Below are positions 48,138-53,318 of a stretch of DNA of 53,318 bases, piece after piece. The stretch is from a virus. Lineage: Duplodnaviria; Caudoviricetes. Under the pieces are notes generated by a model that did not search any database, was not told the DNA's origin, and worked only from the letters and a program-made list of their open reading frames with translations. The translations under genes and the position numbers were made by a program. The stretch lies in the IMG/VR virus record IMGVR_UViG_3300006803_000024, positions 1 to 53,318 of that record; one strand, written 5' to 3'. The first letter of the stretch is position 1, and every line of letters starts with the position of its first letter.

Positions 48138-50297
48138 TTAAAACCACCGTCCCTCGATAGTAATGGAAACAGTAACTATGGATGCTGAAGTCTCATTAGA
48201 ATATCGGAAAGCAGTTATGTTTAGTAGATCGGTAATGGTCACGCCTGATGCAGATACAGTGACTGCTCGTGTATCATCTGCGTTGTTTGATACATAAGGT
48301 GTCATAGCAACAGAAAGAGGGAATGATACAAATGGTAGAGGAAATGTAAAATCCAGCGGAGTAGTTTTATAAGGGTCCGTTACAGTGCCATCCCCCAAAG
48401 CATTGCTTGCACCAAGAGAGAATGTAGCAACAAGTTTCATACGACCATCATTGTATTTTGTCCAATATCCGGTTGTATTGCTGGTTCCTCCTTTGGAGTG
48501 AACATCAGGCAAATACTGAATACCTCTCAAATGAGAGTCAACAATAGTACCTGCACCTTCTGTCTCAAACTCAAGAAACTCAGTGTTAGAGGGTCTGTCT
48601 GGACTACCCACAAAAGGTCCAACAATCAAACCAGAAAAGTCTGTATCTGGTTCCGTGGCTATGGCTACGATTCTCGTATCACCAGCAGTCATCAAAGCAT
48701 TAGAAACTATATGATGGAAACTGTAGAATCGAACATCTGTGAAGTCAAAGAAGCAATTCGTGAAAGAGGAGCTGTAAGCACAGTCTTTTTCAATAACTAT
48801 TTGACGAGACCAGCTATGCATATTGTTACATTGTACAGATCCAAAAGACCCAACAATAAGACCAATATCTTGACCACTTGAAATGTTTACACCATCTATC
48901 ATTGCATCAGCGGTATAGATACCAACACCGAAGTTCTGCATAGAACCTCCAATGGTGATTTGACCTGAGATAGTGTCACTCAAAGTAATCCCAGTAACTA
49001 CTGCAAATTCAAGTGTTGAAGGGGTGTCTTGATATTCAGTGCTGTTACGACGAAGAGTTACAGTTTCTGAGATTGGATTGTTTTTTGCATAGTCAGCAAA
49101 CCCTGTAATTGTAACAGAAACGCCTGCATCAACTTTAGGGAAACTCAAACGAGTACATATTTTTGTTGGAGCAACTGGAGACACCCACTCACCAGAAACA
49201 ACCTCACTGCCTGTAAGAGCAAGAGGAATATTGGTTCCAGTAGTTGGTGTGTGTTTTAAGACAATACCATTACCCAGAAAAGGTTTTTCAAGATTCCGGT
49301 AAGTGCTTGAACTATGGTAAACATTGTTCAAAAACTGAAGAAAAACATTTTTGGTTTTATAGGGGTATGTACTGCCAACTCGGTTTTTATCGCCAAAAGA
49401 GGTGAGATCACCAAAGCATTTGAAACCAATGTGGTAAACATTTCCTTCTACTCGGGAATGAGCAGTGTTTTCCCAAAAACGCCCACCAGTGGCATAGTTA
49501 CAGTCAATGAAAAAAGACTTCTCAAATGTGATCGAACGAATACGAAGATCTTGTGCTTCAGAGCCAACGTCTGCGTTCAAACGATCAGCGATAACAAAAG
49601 CGTATCCGGGCATACCAGCAGCAATACTGGTCCAAGTACCGTTTGGATCACAAGAGATGTACCCATTACGAAGACTAAGACCGTAAAACCAACCTGCACC
49701 CAAGCCATTTACTCGACCAATAATAATTGGTGAGGAAATCAACATATTCTCCCCAAGGCAATCAATGGCGGGAGAAATTCCTGCATTGATTACCTCATTA
49801 GAGGTAATCGTTGAACCACTGAAATTTGCAGAAAATCTCAAAGCAGATTTGAAAGCTTCAGTCATATCCGTAACAAGAGGCGTGGTATTATCCATGTAAT
49901 GTTGAGGACTGATAGCCATATCGGGTCCAACTTTAGGAAGCCAATTTGGGATGTCAGTAATACCTGTACTGCCTGTTGATTTATAGAAGTACAGAACAGT
50001 CTCTTTATAAGAGACCCCCATCACATAATCATTTGGAAGAGTATCGAATACTCCGTTGGCATTGTCAGTGACAAATTGAGCACGATTGGGATACACATTA
50101 CTATTTAAAAGACTCTGAACAGAATCTGATAATGTTTGAGCTGAATTAGCAGCGACTTGAGCTGAAGCCGCAGCATTTTCTGCTGCAACTCTGTTAGATT
50201 CATCATTGATAATGATATAGGAAGTAGGATCACCTACATTCACATCAAAATTTGTATCAGTATCTGTTGATACGGTGATGGTAAAGTTATCCAGCAT
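48138..50297 (-). CDS. Second tail fibre/tailspike-like protein
   Basis: AAENAAASAQ.AA stalk, DMTEAFKSAL pectin-lyase-type entry, beta-helix-like core, C-terminal GYWTKYNDG...FTFPLPFVS..GRW fibre-tip domain; AT-rich. Confidence 0.7.
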   Translation of the reverse strand: MLDNFTITVSTDTDTNFDVNVGDPTSYIIINDESNRVAAENAAASAQVAANSAQTLSDSVQSLLNSNVYPNRAQFVTDNANGVFDTLPNDYVMGVSYKETVLYFYKSTGSTGITDIPNWLPKVGPDMAISPQHYMDNTTPLVTDMTEAFKSALRFSANFSGSTITSNEVINAGISPAIDCLGENMLISSPIIIGRVNGLGAGWFYGLSLRNGYISCDPNGTWTSIAAGMPGYAFVIADRLNADVGSEAQDLRIRSITFEKSFFIDCNYATGGRFWENTAHSRVEGNVYHIGFKCFGDLTSFGDKNRVGSTYPYKTKNVFLQFLNNVYHSSSTYRNLEKPFLGNGIVLKHTPTTGTNIPLALTGSEVVSGEWVSPVAPTKICTRLSFPKVDAGVSVTITGFADYAKNNPISETVTLRRNSTEYQDTPSTLEFAVVTGITLSDTISGQITIGGSMQNFGVGIYTADAMIDGVNISSGQDIGLIVGSFGSVQCNNMHSWSRQIVIEKDCAYSSSFTNCFFDFTDVRFYSFHHIVSNALMTAGDTRIVAIATEPDTDFSGLIVGPFVGSPDRPSNTEFLEFETEGAGTIVDSHLRGIQYLPDVHSKGGTSNTTGYWTKYNDGRMKLVATFSLGASNALGDGTVTDPYKTTPLDFTFPLPFVSFPLSVAMTPYVSNNADDTRAVTVSASGVTITDLLNITAFRYSNETSASIVTVSITIEGRWF

Positions 50298-50715
50298 GGT
50301 TAGTCACATCCTCTTGTACAACAATTTTGAAGGTATTTGTTGATCTTACACCTTCCCCAGGGACAGTGAATTCTACATCACAATCATAGCTTCTTGGAGA
50401 CCACCCCTGTGTATCTGCACTAAGCGCAGACAATGTAAACAGGTTTAGAGGACTTCCTGGTTTTGTGACTGTAAATGCCTGTGTAAGAGTTCCACACCAT
50501 CTCATTTCTGATTCGATTGTCCAATTTGTAATGTCTACAAGGATTGCAGCATTGTAGGTATCAAGTGCATTTTGTACATCAACTGTAGATACAGGATCTG
50601 CGGCCATGGTGGTAGCGAGGTCATTTGCGGCTTGGATAGCCCCTGAAGTCTCTACGTTGGTTACATAGAGATTTATAGAGAAATCATCACCTTGTTTAGT
50701 AGTGACAGTGCCCAT
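50287..50715 (-). CDS. BppU-like tail/baseplate adaptor protein
   Basis: KQGDDF, DITNWTIESEMR, YDCDVEF, STNTF.I.V..DVT motifs; overlaps the fibre start. Confidence 0.6.
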   Translation of the reverse strand: MGTVTTKQGDDFSINLYVTNVETSGAIQAANDLATTMAADPVSTVDVQNALDTYNAAILVDITNWTIESEMRWCGTLTQAFTVTKPGSPLNLFTLSALSADTQGWSPRSYDCDVEFTVPGEGVRSTNTFKIVVQEDVTNHAG

Positions 50716-50757
50716 GTTACAATACACCTTTTGTTGCGTTTGGTCGGTCTTAGCATG

Positions 50758-50790
50758 AAAAAAGAGACGGGGGAATACCCCCCGTCTCTC
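50758..50790 (-). terminator. Rho-independent terminator after thyX
   Basis: GAGACGGGGG-GTATT-CCCCCGTCTC followed by TTTTTT. Confidence 0.85.
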
Positions 50791-50795
50791 TGTTG

Positions 50796-52208
50796 TCAAC
50801 CGTAAAGGTCGAACAATGCTTGCACTTGAGCGTTCTCGCTCTTGGACATGCCTTGCACTTCTCCACCTGTGATCAAAGACTCGATCATCAAAGGTGTGAG
50901 TTTCACCGACTCACGCTCACGCATGTACGCGGCGTAAACCAATGGGAAGAAGTGTTCCACTGCCTCGCCGATCAGACGAGCGTAGACACGAATTTCCCAT
51001 TGAGCATGATCATCGTCCCGCAGATACAGGAATTTGATCAGGTTGCTGATGTCCATTTTCCAGACACATTCGGTGTATGTGTTCAGAGGCAGGACGATCC
51101 GGGCCGTCTCACGAGAGACATCCCGACGCAGGAGTTCCTCGTAATGATCGAAGGAATCGTTGGACGAGCGTTCGATCAGCTTGCGTGCTTCCAGTGCATC
51201 TTCCACAGGAAGAGGTTCACCAGACATCTGCTTGTTGATCAGCCCCTGATACATGATCTTCTCGATCTCAGGGACATAGAACAGACGAACCATCTCCGAG
51301 TACCGGCCTGAGTATTCGTTCAGGTTGGCTGTCCGATGGCGAACCAACTGACGCATGACGAAGATGGGGAGACGCATGTGGAACCGGATCTCACCCATCT
51401 CCAGAGGAGACGTATGATGATTCCGAACCAGATAGTTGATCAGGCCAGCATCGTTGTTCACTTTCTTGGTTCCACGACCGTAGGACATACGGGCCGACTC
51501 AGCGATCTCCACGTCAGATCCCATGACTTCTTTCACTTCAAAGAAACCATGGTCAAGGACTTGGATAGCGTTGGCCGGTTTGTCTGTCCATTCCAGACGC
51601 TCACCAAGTTCAGGTGCTTCTTCCGCAGGAAGAGATGCTTTGTAGATCTCGGCATCAATCTTGGAATTTGCTGGGTGATAGTAGTTCACGTCATACCCTT
51701 GGTGGTGAAGAATTTCCTGAAGAGTGCGAACAACATCAATGAGTTTCCCTTCAGGGCCGTTGTTGTCGATGAACATGTCAGCATGTTCACGAGTCATCTC
51801 CATGGATTCCGGCCCCTCAAGAGGAAGTCGGTTGCAAGCATCAACCCAGATCACATGATCGAAGACTTTCTTCTCCATGCAGGCTTGCCATTCCCGGACA
51901 CGACGCATACCGACGTACATGTCGTTCCCTTCCTGGATCATCTCTGAACCAGTGCGAGAAGCATCCGGAGTGTTGTATGCCTCGATCAGATCACCCCAGG
52001 TAGACCGGAAGTTCACACGATCTTCGAACATTGCCTCATAGGAGTCGTAGCGTTCCTTGCCCCACATGGGCCAGATTGCCTTACGACCGACGAAATCCGA
52101 CGAAGATGAGAACTTGAGTCCCATCTTGTCGGCAATCATTTCGGCCACGGTGTCTTTGCCATGCCTCCCATGACCAATGATAAGTAACTTGGGTTTCTGC
52201 TTATCCAT
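50796..52208 (-). CDS. thyX: Fusion of a dNMP-kinase-like P-loop domain and flavin-dependent thymidylate synthase
   Basis: N-terminal IIGHGRHGKDTVA, GMR..RE, FIDNNG; C-terminal ARMSY, HTSPLE, RQLVRHRTANLNEYSGRY, AR..LP, LRDDDHAQWEIR. Confidence 0.9.
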   Translation of the reverse strand: MDKQKPKLLIIGHGRHGKDTVAEMIADKMGLKFSSSSDFVGRKAIWPMWGKERYDSYEAMFEDRVNFRSTWGDLIEAYNTPDASRTGSEMIQEGNDMYVGMRRVREWQACMEKKVFDHVIWVDACNRLPLEGPESMEMTREHADMFIDNNGPEGKLIDVVRTLQEILHHQGYDVNYYHPANSKIDAEIYKASLPAEEAPELGERLEWTDKPANAIQVLDHGFFEVKEVMGSDVEIAESARMSYGRGTKKVNNDAGLINYLVRNHHTSPLEMGEIRFHMRLPIFVMRQLVRHRTANLNEYSGRYSEMVRLFYVPEIEKIMYQGLINKQMSGEPLPVEDALEARKLIERSSNDSFDHYEELLRRDVSRETARIVLPLNTYTECVWKMDISNLIKFLYLRDDDHAQWEIRVYARLIGEAVEHFFPLVYAAYMRERESVKLTPLMIESLITGGEVQGMSKSENAQVQALFDLYG

Positions 52209-52671
52209 GGATGTTTCCGTTCAGAGCGATACGAAGAGTGTTCATCGTGTCTTCGATTTCAGTGGTGAGCTGTTTGTTTTGCTCAGACAACTCAGAGATG
52301 GCGATCTCAGCTTGCTGAAGCAGAGCGTTTTTCCGACCAACTGCTTGGACGAGATCTACTTTCTCGTCTTGGTATCTCAGCAGAGTTTCGATCGAGCTAT
52401 TGCTGATCAGTGCTGTCATCTGAGCGATGATCAGGATTACCTCTTTCTGCTCAACGATATGGTCACGAGCACGAGCATGACGCTCTTTCTCACGATCCAA
52501 CAGATCTTGCAGAGCAATCTGGGAACGAGCGATGTCATCACCAGTGAAGCCCATGAGGTCGATACGCTTGCCCTGCTTGTGTGCAGCAGCAACCTGACGA
52601 CGGACTTCTTTCATGCGAACACGAGGGTCCACATCAACGACGGTCATGGATTTGGTTTGAGTCTTGGACAT
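52201..52671 (-). CDS. Hypothetical coiled-coil protein
   Basis: GAGGAG RBS before ATG 52671; heptad-rich. Confidence 0.65.
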   Translation of the reverse strand: MSKTQTKSMTVVDVDPRVRMKEVRRQVAAAHKQGKRIDLMGFTGDDIARSQIALQDLLDREKERHARARDHIVEQKEVILIIAQMTALISNSSIETLLRYQDEKVDLVQAVGRKNALLQQAEIAISELSEQNKQLTTEIEDTMNTLRIALNGNIHG

Positions 52672-52789
52672 TTTGGTCTCCTCGGAGGGTTTGAAAATTA
52701 GGTAATTGTGCAAGCTCTTGGTATGACAAAGGTCCAGTTATGCCATTCGGCCATGTTACATTTACCCAGTAACCCTCACCGGACTTCAT
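52634..52789 (-). CDS. Possible small hypothetical protein (start uncertain)
   Basis: Open frame filling the gap between dcd and the coiled-coil gene. Confidence 0.3.
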   Translation of the reverse strand: MKSGEGYWVNVTWPNGITGPLSYQELAQLPNFQTLRGDQNVQDSNQIHDRR

Positions 52790-52868
52790 TATCCGGAAAG
52801 GGATTTGGTACAGATACAGCCAGCGAGTTGCTTCAACCGTATCAGAGAGGAACAGGAATCTCAGCGTG

Positions 52869-53318
52869 TTATGCGAGAGCTGTCTGGGGTTTATCGGCAG
52901 CGTTCTGGTACTTGCCGTCGCCATAGTCACCATCCTCCTCTAGACGACCATACAGCACCTGTGCGATGCCCTGACCGGGAAGGATCTCCATGTTCTCGTG
53001 GCCATGGTAGACCAGTTCGAGAGTCAATTTCCCATTCCATCCCGGCTCGATCACCGTGTTGAACACGCTCAGTCCTTGACGCGCCCAAGTGGACTTGTCC
53101 TTGACTGTTCCCACAAGATTGTGGGGTGTTTGGAAACGTTCAATGGTCGAAGCCAAAACGAAATGTCCCATGAAGGTCTCTTCTTCACCTGTTTCCGGGT
53201 CAAGTACGACCGTCCGAGCACCATAGGCGTCATTCACGAACTTGACTGACTGCTTGATGCGGATGTCATATCCGGCCTCTGCAAGGCCGTATGACGTTCC
53301 CTCGTAGCGAATCTTCTC
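52869..53318 (-). CDS. dcd: dCTP deaminase/dUTPase family protein, 5'-truncated by the window
   Basis: Frame is open to the window end (…SYGLAEAGYDIRI); LASTIERF, DKSTWARQG, IEPGWNG.LTLEL, IAQV, YGDGKYQ. Confidence 0.88.
   Translation of the reverse strand, partial: EKIRYEGTSYGLAEAGYDIRIKQSVKFVNDAYGARTVVLDPETGEEETFMGHFVLASTIERFQTPHNLVGTVKDKSTWARQGLSVFNTVIEPGWNGKLTLELVYHGHENMEILPGQGIAQVLYGRLEEDGDYGDGKYQNAADKPQTALA

Overview
This 53 kb window is most of the genome of an N4-like podovirus (Schitoviridae). The combination of class II RNR, ThyX and an SleB-type virion hydrolase suggests a roseophage-like phage of Alphaproteobacteria; the host is inferred, not shown. The + strand (1-31010) is the late block: receptor-binding protein, terminase, lysis cassette with overlapping spanins, portal, scaffold, major capsid, tail and ejection proteins, and a 3661-aa virion RNA polymerase. 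The - strand (31053-53318) is the middle block: RusA-like resolvase, SSB, AAA ATPase, primase, nuclease, a split family-A DNA polymerase, Dda-like helicase, NrdJ, SLOG protein, HNH, metallophosphoesterase, an out-of-place tail fibre module, a kinase-ThyX fusion and dCTP deaminase. The most notable items are: (1) the DNA polymerase is split between motifs A and B, with intein-remnant-like ends and an Acb2/Tad1-like candidate nucleotide-sponge gene nested in the break; (2) a ~370-nt highly structured non-coding locus (46313-46705) with its own promoter and terminator and an exact 13-nt direct repeat; (3) a tandem pair of tRNA T-arms that is not a tRNA, upstream of the polymerase; (4) an extra HExxH zincin-like domain inside the virion RNAP. 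All family assignments come from motif recognition by eye; no searches were run.
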